From Mustelus asterias (lineage: Eukaryota): 64,000 nt of DNA. Below are positions 25,304 through 39,623 of the stretch, in pieces. A program made the position numbers and the translations under genes. Under the pieces are notes generated by a model. The model ran no database searches. It was not told the DNA's origin and was given only the letters and a program-made list of their open reading frames with translations. The stretch spans positions 34,348,001 through 34,412,000 of the forward strand of contig NC_135819.1 of the NCBI RefSeq assembly GCF_964213995.1, written 5' to 3'. The stretch's first letter is position 1. Each line of letters begins with the position of its first letter.

Positions 25304-28300
25304 CTGCAAAAATAAAAAGGAAATTGTAATTAACCAAAATATAAGAGGTGTTATTACATTAGGTTTGATATTCAATAATGTTCATACTGTTGTCTTACAT
25401 CAGTGACAATTAGGATACACGTCCAAAACTCATTGCTGCACTGCCTATGTACAAATCAATACAGTTAACCCACTTCACACTACGCACTGATCTAAAGAGC
25501 AGGACTAAAACCAAACTAACTCCTAGACTCCCATTATCATAGAAATCATTTAAATCAAGTAAATGATATCCTTTGAAGGCATTATTGATTTAACTTGACT
25601 GCATATTTAACATTAGGTTATATTGAAATGGAAGTTGAACTGTGCTTCTGATCATAACTTTGGCAGTCCTCCATATTTGTGCCAAGTAACACAACTTTCT
25701 GCAGCAAAGTAAATGAGAAAGCTTCTGATCAGGGCAAGCTCCCAAGGAGGTATTTTCTCCCCTTCCCCAGTGAAGTCTATGCTACACTACATCCGATGCA
25801 ACCTGTTTCCAGCTCGAAAACCAGCTAACAGTTTAGCACGCTATTACCACGATTACATTCCAATTAGCTCAGCAGCCATCATGGGGGTCAAACAAGTTGA
25901 TTGCATTATTGCTGGAGTTGATTTAGCTGGGCTGTCTTGTTAATGTATATCCCTGGAAAAGAACTGGAAAATAGTCAAGGGGGAAATCAGTTTTTAAAAC
26001 AAGTGCAGAAGCAGGAAAGGGGAAGAGGAGAGAGAGGAAGAAAGAATTAAAACCTGTGCTAGGGTAGAGGACAGAAGTGATATTGGATGGGTGGTAAAGA
26101 AACAGAAGATGGGTCTACAGGAGCTGCAAATACCAACAGCAGAACTGTTAAGGACCTACTCGCAAAATAATGGGAAGGCTGGTTTTGATCTCAAATTGTT
26201 GAACTCAGTATTGAACCTGGAAATTTATTAAATTACATCTCTAACCCTTTCCAGTTGACAAAAGGTCACTGATCTGAAACATTAACTCTCCATAAATGTT
26301 ATCTAACCTGCTGACTATTTCCAGAATGTTCTTTTTTTGTTCCATGTTCTTCTATTATTCTTGATTTTTATTGTCCAAGATACCCCTAGTAATCCTCTCA
26401 ACCAACTCATGTGGTTAGTTTCTTTCACTTCATAAACTTTCATCATCTATTGTACCTAATTATTTTTAGCCTTCCATATCGTGCTTAATCTTCCAAAAGC
26501 AGAAGCCAGTCCAATCCTTCTGTTCATGAATCACAGCAAACATTCCATGACTACTTTGGTAGCTAGTCTCCACACTTTGAACACAAATGTAGATGAACAA
26601 TAGGCATTCGTAATCCAAAGCAATAGTATGAAAGATACTGAGTGCACGGGGATACAAACTGGGGCTGTAATTAGGAGAGATACAGGATCATAGAATCCCT
26701 ACAGCACAGAAAGAGGCCATTTGGCTTATCATGTCTGTACCGACTCTCCAATAAAGCACCTTACTCAGGCCCTATAATGCCACGTATAATCCAACTCCCC
26801 TAGCCTGCACATCTTGGCACACTATGGAACAATTTTGCATGGCCAAGCCACCTAACATGCACATCTTTCGAGAGAGATCTTTTTCCATAATTATCTGAAT
26901 AGTAAGCTTTCTAATCTAACTTATAGTGAGGGAGAGAGGGACAGTGCAGTTTGCAACATAATAGCACTCCTAGCAGGATTCTCGTCTAGTTCCCTGATCA
27001 AGGAATATGCACAGCACAACGATACTTTAGCAAAAGGAAATAGAAAATAAGATAAAACATCTCATGTTACTGATGGACTACGAGTATGTTTCAAATACTC
27101 AACTGCTCATTGATACTAATTGGTATGGTACAAACACCTCCACCAACCACTGCATCAACATTGGAAAAGAATGTTAACAGAATTCAATCCTGTTGCCATC
27201 TCCTCTGCACTTTCAGCAGTCAAAAAACTATGCTGAGATCATAGCATAAGTGGGGCCAAATCTGATCAGTATACTACACAATTTCATATCAGATAAAAAA
27301 AGCACCAACTTTTGAGATTAACTCTGATAATTGGATGTTTTTTTGTTAGAATCTTTAAAGACTATTCCAATAGAGTCAGTGAAGCATGCCATCCAGCCCA
27401 AAGAACATTAAGGTCATGGTATTTCTATCAGCAATTATATTCCCTAAGAGCCACACCATCTTTGGGGAGTTGGACATAGCAAGTGGCTTATTGGAAAATT
27501 GAGAGTGCAGCCATGGTCACTATCCACCCATTAGTCTCAATGGATGACAGGTTGCAGGCAGCACACTTGTGACTTGTCAATAGGCTGCCCTTTGCGTGCG
27601 AGTTCTGACCAGTGGCATAGGATGCAATTGCCCTATGTACCTCTTTTAGCTCATCTTGCAGTTTGTAAATTTAGGTTATAACATAGCGCAGTAAAAAAAA
27701 ACTGAACTAAACTGCTGTAGGCAGCAGTGTTCCCTCCAGGTTATGCAAACAAAACCATTATGAAAATGTAACAAGGTACGTACTTCATGCTCAGCCTCCT
27801 TTATGATATCGTCAGCTTTAAAGATATTTAACGGAACAATTATTAACAAGTAGCATAGCACCAGCAAATTCATTCTTCAAAGCATTAGATGCCTTGATTC
27901 TGTAAACATTTTCTTGCAGGTTAATTTCAACAAAATACAAAATGAACGGAATGCATAATAGTGGATGATTTAAATGGAAAGGTGCTGTGAATTGGGAGTT
28001 TGAGATTTTAAACGTGGACTCCCAGAAACTGTTAGCTTAGGAGGACTTTCTGCTACAATGTGTAGGGATGACAATGTTGATTGACACTTAATGGCAGAAC
28101 CATCAATAATTTTAAAACAAGTTGAACTTGAGAGTTGGACACTCTTTGCCTGCATAGAAAACAGAAGCTCCAACAGGGTCAGTGTTGTTGGTCAGCCCAT
28201 GCCTGTACGTTTTAAATAAGGCCAATTTAAAAGGTCACTTTAATTTATGAGTTTTTTTGGTACGACTGACTCTTCTACTTTTGCTCACACCACTTCAACC

Positions 28301-28932
28301 TACTTTAACACGACTAGCATAACAAAGTCCATTATTGAATTTCCACATGGAAATGATTCACAACTCACTTTCCCTTGCCATTCATCTATGCAACTTTTTT
28401 TAAAAAATGCATTCGTTCACAGTATGTGGATGTTGTTGGCTTATTGCCCACCCATAATTACCCTCAAGAAGGTGGTGGTGAGCTGCCTTCTTGAACTGCT
28501 GCAGTCCACGCCGTATATGAATAACAGGAGGGAATACCAGGGTATAGACCCAGCGACAGTGAAAGAAGCGCGATATAGTTCCAAGTCAGGATGGCGAGTG
28601 ACTTGGAGGGGAACCTGCAGGCGGTGGTGTTCCCATGTCTCTGCTGCCTTTGTCCTAGATGGTCAGAGGTTTGGAAAGTACTTTTGAAGGAGTCTTGGTG
28701 AATTGCTGCAGCCCATCTAGTAGATGGTACACACTGCTGTGTTGGTGGAGGGAGGGATGGATGAAAATTGATGAAATGCAAAATGCTGAATATCATAAAG
28801 GGAGATGAGAACATTACAGTACAAAAAGTTGCAACTATGCAACAGTTTATACCTTCAGCATAGCCTAAAGCAGCTCACAATGTACAAATTACATTTGAAG
28901 TGTGGTTGGCACTGCTGCTCTGTTGACAAACT

Positions 28933-29198
28933 AAAGTTTATTTATTAGTCACAAGTAAGGTTTACATTAACACTGCAATGAAGTTACTGTGAAATTTCCA
29001 GCTCCTGTTGGGGTCAATGCACCTAACCAGCACATCTTTCAGAATGTGGGAGGAAACTGGAGCACCCGAAGGAAACCCACGCAGACACGGGGAGAACATG
29101 CAGACTCCACACAGACAGTGACCCAAGCCAGGAATCGAACCTGGGTCCCTGGCGCTGTGAAGCAGCAGTGCTAACCACTGTGCCATCGTGCCACCCCC
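28933..29198 (-). mobile_element. HE1-like V-SINE (type b) nested in a SacSINE1-like Deu-SINE (~28820-29560)
   Basis: HE1 match; the flanks resemble a degraded Deu-SINE. Confidence 0.8.
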
Positions 29199-32100
29199 AA
29201 GGGTCAACTGTGCATAGCTAGGTACCAGAAACAGCAAGTTAAGATGAATGACCAATTATTTGTTTCTGGTGCTTTTTGAGATTGCAGTATTGGCCAGATA
29301 CCATAAGACCTTGTAGCATTAACCCCTGCCGCCTGCTTCATTAACAGGAATCTTTATATCCGGCCCAACAGGAAGATAATCTTCCTGATTGGAAGAGGGT
29401 TATCTCTAGACACTAGATCTAATAATACAACACTTGATCAATACTGTACTGGACTATTAGAATGGGCTACCTATTCAAGTTCTGCAGTGGGGCTTAAACC
29501 TACAATCTCGGAATTAAAGGCAATTGAGCTATTAACTGTTCCAAGTGACACAATCTTACAATATCAAGACATCTTTTGCATCCAAGTAAAAGTTTTCACA
29601 ATTAGGATAAGCATCAGTTCTGCCTTTAAATAGCTGACCTTCCCCAGCAAGTCCACTATAGTCAGCAGATGATCGGAGATGTGTCAACTGCCGCTAAAAT
29701 ACAGAAAATGCTGGGAATACATTCAAGCTTTTGAAGAGAAATGGCAGCTTACATTTTGGGTGGGTAGCATTCAGAACTGATGGGAGGTTTCTGACGGGAA
29801 AAACATTGACCTGTCCTTTTCTTTTTGCAAAGCTGACAGACCTGCTGAGCATTGCTGGAATTTGCCTTTGCTTTCACAATTTCCAGCATTAGTAGATTTT
29901 AAGAAATATATATTTCCACCAAATCCATTCTCACCCTGCCCCTTCTGCAAACTACAATTGAATTTTACACAGAGCAAACAAGACTTTGACACCCCCCCGC
30001 CCCCACAGCGAGATGGTAATTAAAGCATTCTGAAATTATAAAACTGAAAATGAGATGGGATGGAAAATCTAGGTGGAAGTCCCACAAACAAGAAGTTATT
30101 ACAAGGATTATTCGATGGAAAATTTGTTGTGGAAATCTGCTTAAATGCAATTAATTTCCATTTTCTGCAATTAATAAATGCAATTACTTTACTTCAGTTA
30201 GGGCAAAGTTAACAGCTGCCTGCAGTGGAAAATATTCACATTTGCCTCGATGGCACAGGAAGATGCAGGCCAAAAGCATCCTCTACTCTGTCCTAATAAA
30301 GTGTGCACTCACTCCATTCGCAATTTCCATTTTCCCCGGCAACTAACCTTCTGCATCACAAACTTCAACTCAAGAACCACTGGAAATCGGTGAACCCGAG
30401 CAAGTAGATTTTTGTGGTCTTCCTAATTTACCGAATTATTAATTTGCTATTGCCATTGCTGTAAATGAAAGGAAATCGCTTAAGGAATGCATCAATTCCT
30501 ATTACGGTGAGCTGTTCAAAATGTTTTTTAATTTCACTGTTTCCCATCAGATCAAATAAATTGCTCGCCTGCTTTCTGAATCTTCAATCCTAATGCGTAT
30601 TAAATATGAATGAATGATTATTACCTAGCCTTGGCATGTCTTCCTCATCCTTCAGCTGAAGTTCATCTTCGATATTCATTGACATTGCTCCCCCTGTCCC
30701 ATCCCTGCTGCTGATTTGGAGTAACTGACACATTTTAAATTTGCTTTTTCAATAATTCCACATTGTGCAGGCACTGTCCAGGCTGCCTCTCTGTTCTGGT
30801 GTGTATCTGCCCACTTTGCTGCCATTACATATCAGAGAGTTGTAGAAGCAAACAAGACCTACGCTCGAATTAGAGTCTACGGGTACTCCTATTAGTCGGG
30901 GAAGGCCCACCACACTTTAAAGAGAATAAAATGAAGTTGTATTTTAGTTCATATGTCTTTTCCTTAACATGCCTGAAAATATGACTATTATCCAAGCAAT
31001 AGTTAATACCAAACTCTGTGCATAAGATGACAAATGGCTTAATGAGGAGGATTTGTTGACGCACAACTCAGAACTAGAATGCTCAAGAAACATTTCAGAT
31101 GCTTGGGTATTTTTGCACTATTCACACACTCACGGTATATGTGGTTCCTCATTTGAAAGGACAAATAGGTGACTTATGTTATTTATTGACATGATTCAAA
31201 CAAATTAATGAAGGCGGAAACCAATATTCCATAAGATTCAATTACTTTTTATCTCCTGCGGAAAATGTGATAAGAATCCCTCAATAAGGAGCTATAGCCA
31301 TAAATTCTTCAATCCCATGCTCAAAATAATGAAGGGCTAGTCACTTTGAGCATCCTTTAAATCATCAAGGACTAACCTTCAATACCAGTTACCTGTAGAT
31401 CAAAATAAACACTGCAAAAACAGTGACTTGTTGCATTAATCCCAACTGACTGCCAGATTATCTAAGCACTAACTCTTTGAACTACCTAACACGGCAGATT
31501 CTTCCACAAATTACACAACGGCGTCACCCAAAACAAAAACTTGATATGCAGAAAGAAAATGTGTCAATAAAATACTTTGGGGCTTAAGTGTTGCCCATCG
31601 CCCTAATACAAAAAAAAGTCTAACAGTTTCCACTGTAAAAATACCAAATCCACCTGTTAGTAGCTGAATACCAGAGATTAAAATGACTCTGCTAGCAATT
31701 CTGTGGTGAAGTCACATACTTATACTCCTGATAAATGGATGACAGCTGGAATACTGTAATCACAGTTGTGGGCTCACATCTATGCCAGGAAGTTCAGTTT
31801 ATGTACTACCTATAAAAAAAGATCACACCATCTTCCTCAGTGACATAACTCTACCACCACTAGAAGGTCGTTTTAAGACGAATCAAAATTGGAAGTAACT
31901 AAGTGCTAGATATAATTTGAGTTGTTTCAAATGAGAATCTAAGCATTTATTTCCCATGATTTATTCCACCTTTAACCAACTTTATACCCAATTTTACCTG
32001 AGAATTACCAATGTTTGTAGTGCCACGATTAGTGTAAAAGATTCAACTGATAAGTACAATACTTAAAATAGTGAAAACAATAGAGCCAAAGAGCATAATT

Positions 32101-34074
32101 CATGTTTAGAGCAGCTTTATGGGTGGATAATTCTCAGTAGCTCATCCATGTAACTGTTCTTTCCTGTCTGAGATGGACAGCAAGAGTCAGCAGATTACTT
32201 GACCACAGGAAGAATGACAGACATATGGATCTCTCTGGATGAATGAAATTGTTTCTTAAAGAATTGAAAGGGGTCTTACATCCACTACGACTCTGGAAAT
32301 GTGATCTACACACTTAATACTGTTTGAAGAATGTCTTTATCGGTCCTAAATTTACTTTTTACTGTTTAGAACATATCCTCTTTTTCTACACCTACAGTTT
32401 AACTTGAAACAGCAATTCACAAGTCTAGAAAAGAAGCAACTATTAGCTGATTTTAAAAGCTGAAACTTCTATTTTTCTTCAGTCTTTACTCACTAGGACC
32501 CCCCAACCCAAATCATCATCCTCCTGGTTCTTTTCTTGCCTCCAATGCTTGAACATATTTTGTTTTTTGGCAGTCAGAATTGGATGTATGCTCAAGCTAT
32601 GGTCCAAGCATATTAGGCCCGTAACTAGTACTAGCCGTGATAATTGATGCTCTCCATTGACTAAACATGATGTCAAACTTAAATGCACCGATGTTTCCAT
32701 CAGCAGCTATTTAAACACTGTTTAGGCCATGTATTTAAATTTGTCATACTTTACACCTGTTGGGGTTATATTCCATCTGCAACTGTTCTGCTCACTTATA
32801 CATTTTGCTGAACTCATTTTGCAATTTCTGACTTGCCTCTTCCAACTCTATTGTCTTGAATTTGGGATCATCTGCAAACTGGATAATTTTGCATGGAGTT
32901 TGAATCTAGGTCATTATGTAAAGCTGGAGAATGGCAGCCCTGTCCTGAGTCATATTGCACTTCCTTTATTGTGGCAAGTCTCATAATTAGAATTGTTCAT
33001 TTCCTAACCCATTCTCTAGGCTCTAGGTCATAGGGTTTACACAGTCCACTCGAGTTGTTTCTCCCTCAAATACAATGAAGCTTGTTAGGCAGGATCTTAC
33101 CTTTCTGCACCAACTGTTTGATACAGTTGATAATGAATTCTGTTCATATGAAATGAAAGTAAAACAAATGGATTGGCAGTGGTTCATCACCAATTCGGAA
33201 AATGCTCTCATATTAACCCATTCTCAATCTACTGGTATCTCCACATTGTTCACTGACCTCTCAACCGCATTTCATAAATATCTTACTTAGTTTTGCAGCA
33301 CTGGACCAAATTATCTATATTGTTCTAAGATTTTTGTCATAGTTCTATCCCTCAAATCAAAGCCATTGATTTTACTTGGGATACCTTTAGGAGCGCTTAT
33401 TATTGTAAGTCATTAGGTTGCTACATAAAAAAGGCAGCAATTATATTGTTCTTGTACAAGACCTTGTTTACACCTAATCTAGAATGAGATTTTTTTTTTG
33501 GTCCAATATTATACCCTCATCTGGAGGATATCAATGCCTGCGCCTCTTCCCAAGGTACAGATGGGGGCTAATAGATTTTTGCCCACAAGCACTTAAACAC
33601 AAGAGTTTTTTAATGCAAGGTGCAGGAGAGAAATTTCCTAGATTTTTTTCCCCTCCCTTTAACTTGGTTCCCCCCCCGCCCCCGTGAGGGATCATGATGC
33701 TCAACTGTACTATGACTGTATGGGATAAGCTCAATGGATCAACTGATGTTTTTCTGACCTCTACTTTCATAAGTACCCACGATCGCTGCTGAATTCAATA
33801 AAATCCCGCTTCAAACAACTCAACATATTTGAAAGGTTAACACTGCATTCATGGAATTCTGCAATTTATGCCCACTTTTTAGTTCTTCCCTTTCAGTTGG
33901 TAGAACACTTAAAATAGTTTGACAAAATAACAGGCCCAATAATTCATCCCTAATTATTGACTGTGGACTTAGGAACCAAAATCTGTTAAGTGCACCGCTA
34001 AGAATTCAGAATAAAAAACTTATTTAAACGGCATGATAATAATCTAACATGCACTGAAGAATATAAATACTTAC

Positions 34075-34156
34075 TGAGCTTATTCCAGGTAAATTCAGAA
34101 TAGAGCCTAATATAGGCACTCGTCTAATAAAGCCAACCACCACTGGAAAGAAACCC
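34075..34156 (-). CDS. GOLT1B: GOLT1B coding exon 4 (R/GFFPVVVGFIRRVPILGSILNLPGISS)
   Basis: 82 nt, cag acceptor, gtaagt donor, frame consistent with neighbouring exons. Confidence 0.97.
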
Positions 34157-34511
34157 CTGGCAGAGAAAGGGAAAGAAATAGACTCTTAGAAAATGAAACT
34201 TTTAGAGTATAAAAAACTAAAACGTCTAATGGACATTTTATTTATAAGATACTAGGACAAGATAAATAGCTTCAGTTAAGAAATAAAATACGAGTTAGGC
34301 TAAGTGAGGTTTTATAAATTTAGCTACAAATACTAAAATCCACATGACTTCAAATAGTTAATTCCAGCCTCTGAATTGTCCAATTAGAAGAAGTTGATTG
34401 CTTTTTTTTGTTAAATTATACTACCCAAAAGAAATCAACTATCCATAACTTTAGCACACTTGGCTTTACGGTGAGTGGAGTGGATAATGAATCACAGTAC
34501 GAGTCCCTTAC

Positions 34512-34690
34512 CTGAATAAAAGAAAGAATCCATAAATTTCAAGGACCATGCCTATTACAGGCCAGCCAACCAGCACCACAAAAATGCCACCCAGAAAGAA
34601 TCCCGTAGCTTTCATTTTGTGCTTTTGGAAGAAGAACCTGAAAGTCCTTTCTAAGCCAATTACAAAGGACAAACCTGCCACAAATAAAAT
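34512..34690 (-). CDS. GOLT1B: GOLT1B coding exon 3 (ILFVAGLSFVIGLERTFRFFFQKHKMKATGFFLGGIFVVLVGWPVIGMVLEIYGFFLLFR)
   Basis: 179 nt, canonical splice sites; Got1 family transmembrane core. Confidence 0.98.
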
Positions 34691-34829
34691 CTGTAAAAGA
34701 ATAAGATTGTTGGAATGACTAACTTGGATTACACCCAATATAGAAATCCATGCTTTAAATTCTAACTCAATTCCTCCACCATTTTACCTTCATCAAACAC
34801 AGTTTATCATTCTGAAGTGCAGGAATCAT

Positions 34830-35695
34830 TATTTATCATCTACATCAATGACTTGGATGAAAGGACCAAAAGTAAGGTAGCTAAATGACACCAAGATAGA
34901 TCGAAAAATAAGTTGCCAACAGAAGGTAGAAAGTCTGCAAAGAGACAAATTAAGCGAGTGGGCAAAAATTTGACAGTGTATAACCAGGGTAAATGTGAAC
35001 TTGTCCACTTTAGCAGGTAGCACATTCGAATTTCTATGGAGAGAGAGATTACAGAATCTGGTGGTACAGAGGAATCTGGGTGCCCTGGTACATGAATCAC
35101 AAAAAGGTAGTATGAAGGTACAACAAGTGACTAGTAAAACAAATGGAATGTTGGAACTTAGTAGAAAGGAAATGGAATATAAAAGTAGGGAATCTTTCCT
35201 GCAGCTGTACAGGGCCTTGGTGAGACCACATCTGGAATATTGTATATAGTTTATTTGTAAAGATACAACTGCACTAGAAGCAGTTCAGAGAAGGTTCACG
35301 TGATTCATACGTGGGATGAGGGGCTTATCTTCTGAAGAAAGTTTGAACAGGCTGGGCCTTCACCCATTGGAACTTAGAAGAACTTATTGAAACAGACAAG
35401 ATTTTGGAGGAGTCTTGCTAGGGTCAATACTAGGAGGATGTTTCCACTTTTGGGGGAGACTAGAACTCGGGGGTACAGTTTGAGGACTACGTTTTAAGAT
35501 GGAGATGAGGAGAACGTTATCTCTCAGAGGTCGATGGTCTGTGGAATTCTGTTCCCCTGAAAGCAGTGGAGGCTGGGTCATTGAAATTACTCAAGGTAGA
35601 GTTACAGATCTTTTGATAGCCAGGATCTTAGTGAATGGTGGAGCAGACTTGAAGGGTTGAATGGCCTACTCTTACTCCTGAGTCTTATGTTCCTC
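34830..35695 (+). mobile_element. Old CR1 RT/3' fragment
   Basis: QRNLGALVHESQK..LYRALVRPHLEYC; CR1 3' end. Confidence 0.85.
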
Positions 35696-36211
35696 AGATC
35701 AGAAGCAGTCTTGTATTATGACATTGGATATTAGCTGAGTGTTCTGCGAATTAAATGACTTGAGTTGTCCTTTAGGAGAGTTCTTAAACAGTCAATAAAG
35801 ACAGAGAAATCATTTGTGGGCAGAATTTCCTCCTATGTTGCAGGTTTGCGATGCACTTTGGGGGATGAATATCTAGGGATAAAGTTTCCGGAATCCTATA
35901 CAATTTAAATGCCTTTTCTACATATCTGCATTTCATAAAGTTCAGCTGCAAGTTTCCAAAACAGACATCAGTTAAAAGCGTTGCCACCAGGATTTCAACA
36001 TGCGAGTGGCTACTTTAATTTTTCTATCATGTTCGTTGAGGGAAAAGAAAATCCAGCAGTTATCATTGCATTCTGTTCTTCCAACTTAGATTGTGTCCGT
36101 AGAGAGCATTTTGAGAAGAATTAAACCAAGCCAAAAGAACAGGGACCAAGCAGTAAAGCCCGTCAACTACTGATGCAGGTAGCAATGGGAGGAATTAGGA
36201 GACAGCATCAC

Positions 36212-37400
36212 AGAGGTCATGCCTCACTAACCTGGTGGAGTTTTTTGAAGAAGTGACCAAAATGATTGACGAGGGAAGGGCCGTGGATGTCGTCTATATG
36301 GACTTTAGTAAAGCGTTTGATGGGTGGAGAGGTGGCTAGATGGGTGGAGAACTGGCTTGGTCACAGAAGACAGAGGGTGGTAGTGGAAGGGTCTTTTTCC
36401 GGCTGGAGGCCTGTGACTAGTGGTGTTCCGCAGGGCTCTGTATTGGGACCTCTGCTGTTTGTGATTTATATAAATGATCTGGAAGAAGGTATAACTGGGG
36501 TGATCAGTAAGTTTGCGGACGACACAAAATTGGCAGGACGTGCAGATAGTGAGGAACATTGTCAGAAGCTACAGAAGGATATAGATAGGCTAGAAATTTG
36601 GGCAAAGAAATGGCAGATGGAGTTCAATCCTGATAAATGCGAAGCGATGCATTTTGGTAGAAATAATGTAGGGAGGAGCTATATGATAAATGGCAGAACC
36701 ATAAAGGGTGTAGATACGCAGAGGGACCTGGGTGTGCAAGTCCACAGATCCTTGAAAGTGACGTCACAGGTGGAGAAGAAGGCATATGGCATGCTTGCCT
36801 TTATAGGACGGGGCATAGAGTATAAAAATTGGGGTCTGATGTTGCAGATGTATAGAACGTTGGTTCGGCCGCATCTGGAATACTGCGTCCAGTTCTGGTC
36901 GCCACACTACCAGAAGGACGTGGAGGCTTTGGAGAGAGTACAGAGGAGGTTTACCAGGATGTTACCTGGTATGGAGGGGCTTAGTTATGAGGAGAGATTG
37001 GGTAAACTGGGGTTGTTCTCCCTGGAAAGACGGAGGATGAGGGGAGACTTAATAGAGGTGTATAAGATTATGAAAGGCATAGATAGGGTGAACGGTGGGA
37101 AGCTTTTCCCCAGGTCGGTGGTGACGTTCACGAGGGGTCATAGGTTCAAGGTGAAGGGGGGGAGGTTTAACACAGATATCAGACGGACATATTTTACACA
37201 GAGGGTGGTGGGGGCCTGGAATGCGCTGCCAGGCAAGGTGGTGGAGGTGGACACACTGGGAATGTTTAAGACTTATCTAGACAGCCATATGAACGGAGTG
37301 GGAATGGAGGGATACAAAAGAATGGTCTAGTTTGGACCAGGGAGCGGCGTGGGCTTGGAGGGCCGATGGGCCTGTTCCTGTGCTGTATTGTTCTTTGTTC
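36212..37400 (+). mobile_element. Young 5'-truncated CR1 LINE with small internal deletions
   Basis: ORF 36266..37330 encodes the RT C-terminal half; near-identical to 1-784; tail tattgttctttgttc. Confidence 0.94.
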
Positions 37401-37644
37401 AAAAGAAGCATATTATATAACAGTGAGGTACTTGGCTTCATTATCAATATCCTAAATCCACCTGATCACACCGCTTGCAGTGCACAAGAATCTTTCCCAC
37501 TGGATTCCTATACTCATTCAGCTCCATATGCATAAAACCAGGGATCAAACCGATTGCAACATATTTTTCTGCCCCCTACTAGACATAATACAAGTAAGAA
37601 GTCTCACAATGCCAGGTTAAAGTCCAACAGGTTTATTGGTAGCA

Positions 37645-37690
37645 CAAGCCACTAGCTTTCGGAGCGCTGCCCCTTCATCAGGTGAGTGGG
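37645..37690 (-). ncRNA. Minimal type-I hammerhead ribozyme motif in PLE pLTR (further copies ~40015-40056 +, ~59236-59275 +, ~60420-60458 -)
   Basis: CUGAUGA - stem II (gg(g/a)gc-agc-gcucc) - GAAA - short palindromic stem III (agcu) - NUH; PLE-associated minimal hammerheads are an established class; activity not shown. Confidence 0.65.
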
Positions 37691-38076
37691 AGTTCTGTTC
37701 ACAAACACGGCATATAAAGACATCTCACCAAGGCCATCCCCGCACCCCCACTTCTTGCCTTCAAACAACTGCACAACCTCAAACAGACCATTGTCCGCAG
37801 CAAACTACCCAGCCTTTAGGAGAACAGTGACCACGACACCACACAACCCTGCCACAGCAACCTCTGCAAGATGCGTCAGATCATCGACACGGATGTCATC
37901 ATCTCACGCGAGAACACCATCCACCAGGTACACGGTACATACACTTGCAACTCGGCCAACGTTGTCTACCTGATAAGCTGCAGGAAAGGATGTCCCGAGG
38001 CATGGTACATTGGGGAGACCATGCAGACGCTACGACAATGGATGAATGAACACCGCTCGACAATCACCAGGCAAGA

Positions 38077-39623
38077 AATTGAAAGAAATGTCAGAGGTAA
38101 TAGTGGATGCGTTAGTGATTATTTATCAAAACTCGTTGCATTCTGGGGTAGTGCCGGTTGATTGGAAAACGGCTAATGTTACGCCGCTGTTTAAAAAAGG
38201 AAGGAGACAAAAGGCGGGTAACTATAGGCCGGTCAGCTTAACGTCTGTAGTAGGGAAAATGCTGGAATCCATTATTAAAGAGGAGATAGCAGGGCATCTG
38301 GATAGAAATGGTTCGATCAATCAGACGCAGCATGGATTCATGAGGGGAAAGTCGTGCTTGACGAACATGTTGGATTTTTATGAAGATGTGACTAGGGCGG
38401 TTGATGGAGGAGAACCGGTGGATGCGGTGTTTTTGGATTTCCAAAAGGCGTTTGATAAGGTGCCCCATAAAAGGCTGCTGAAGAAGATTAGGGCACACGG
38501 AGTTGAGGGTAGTGTGTTAAAGTGGATTGGGGACTGGCTATCCGACAGGAAGCAAAGAGTCGGAATAAATGGGTGTTTTTCCGGTTGGAGGAAGGTAACT
38601 AGTGGCGTGCCGCAGGGATCGGTACTCGGGCCGCAACTATTTACCATTTATATAGATGATCTGGAGGAGGGGACGGAGTGTAGGGTAACGAAGTTTGCAG
38701 ACGACACAAAGATAAGTGGAAAAGTGAATCGTGTGGAGGACGGAGAAGATCTGCAGAGAGATTTGGACAGGCTGAGTGAGTGGGCGAGGATATGGCAAAT
38801 GGAGTATAACGTTGATAAATGCGAGGTTATACACTTTGGAGGAAATAATAACAAATGGGATTACTATCTCAATGGAAACAAATTAAAACATGCTACCGTG
38901 CAAAGGGACCTGGGGATCCTTGTGCATGAGACGCAAAAGCCCAGTCTGCAGGTACAACAGGTGATCAAGAAGGCAAATGGGATGTTGGCCTATATCGCGA
39001 GGGGGATAGAATATAAAAGCAGGGATGTCTTGATGCACCTGTACAGGGCATTGGTGAGGCCGCAGCTGGAATACTGTGTGCAGTATTGGTCCCCTTATAT
39101 GAGGAAGGATATATTGGCATTGGAGGGAGTGCAGAGAAGGTTCACCAGGTTGATACCGGAGATGAGGGGTTTGGATTATGAGGAGAGGCTGAGGAGATTG
39201 GGTTTGTACTCGTTGGAGTTTAGAAGGATGAGGGGGGATCTTATGGAGACTTATAAGATAATGCGGGGGCTGGATAGGGTGGAGGCGGAGAGATTCTTTC
39301 CACTTAGTAAGGAAGTTAAAACTAGAGGACACAGCCTCAAAATAAAGGGGGGTCGGTTTAAGACAGAGTTGAGGAGGAACTTCTTCTCCCAGAGGGTGGT
39401 GAATCTCTGGAATTCTCTGCCCACTGAGGTGGTGGAGGCTACCTCGCTGAATATGTTTAAAGCGCGGATGGATGGATTCCTGATCGGTAAGGGAATTAAG
39501 GGTTATGGGGATCAGGCGGGTAAGTGGTACTGATCCACGTCAGATCAGCCATGATCTTATTGAATGGCGGGACAGGCTCGAGGGGCTAGATGGCCTACTC
39601 CTGCTCCTATTTCTTATGTTCTT
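38077..39623 (+). mobile_element. Very young CR1 LINE, uninterrupted ORF2 RT region (~485 aa), 5'-truncated
   Basis: ORF 38046..39533 has no stops across the RT; CpG-rich; aaga duplicated at 38073-38076 and 39624-39627. Confidence 0.96.

Noticed and set aside
38046-39533. 495-aa RT ORF as a host gene or retron-like system
   Set aside because: 5'-truncated CR1 ORF2 with a CR1 3' UTR; its apparent N-terminus comes from the flanking PLE
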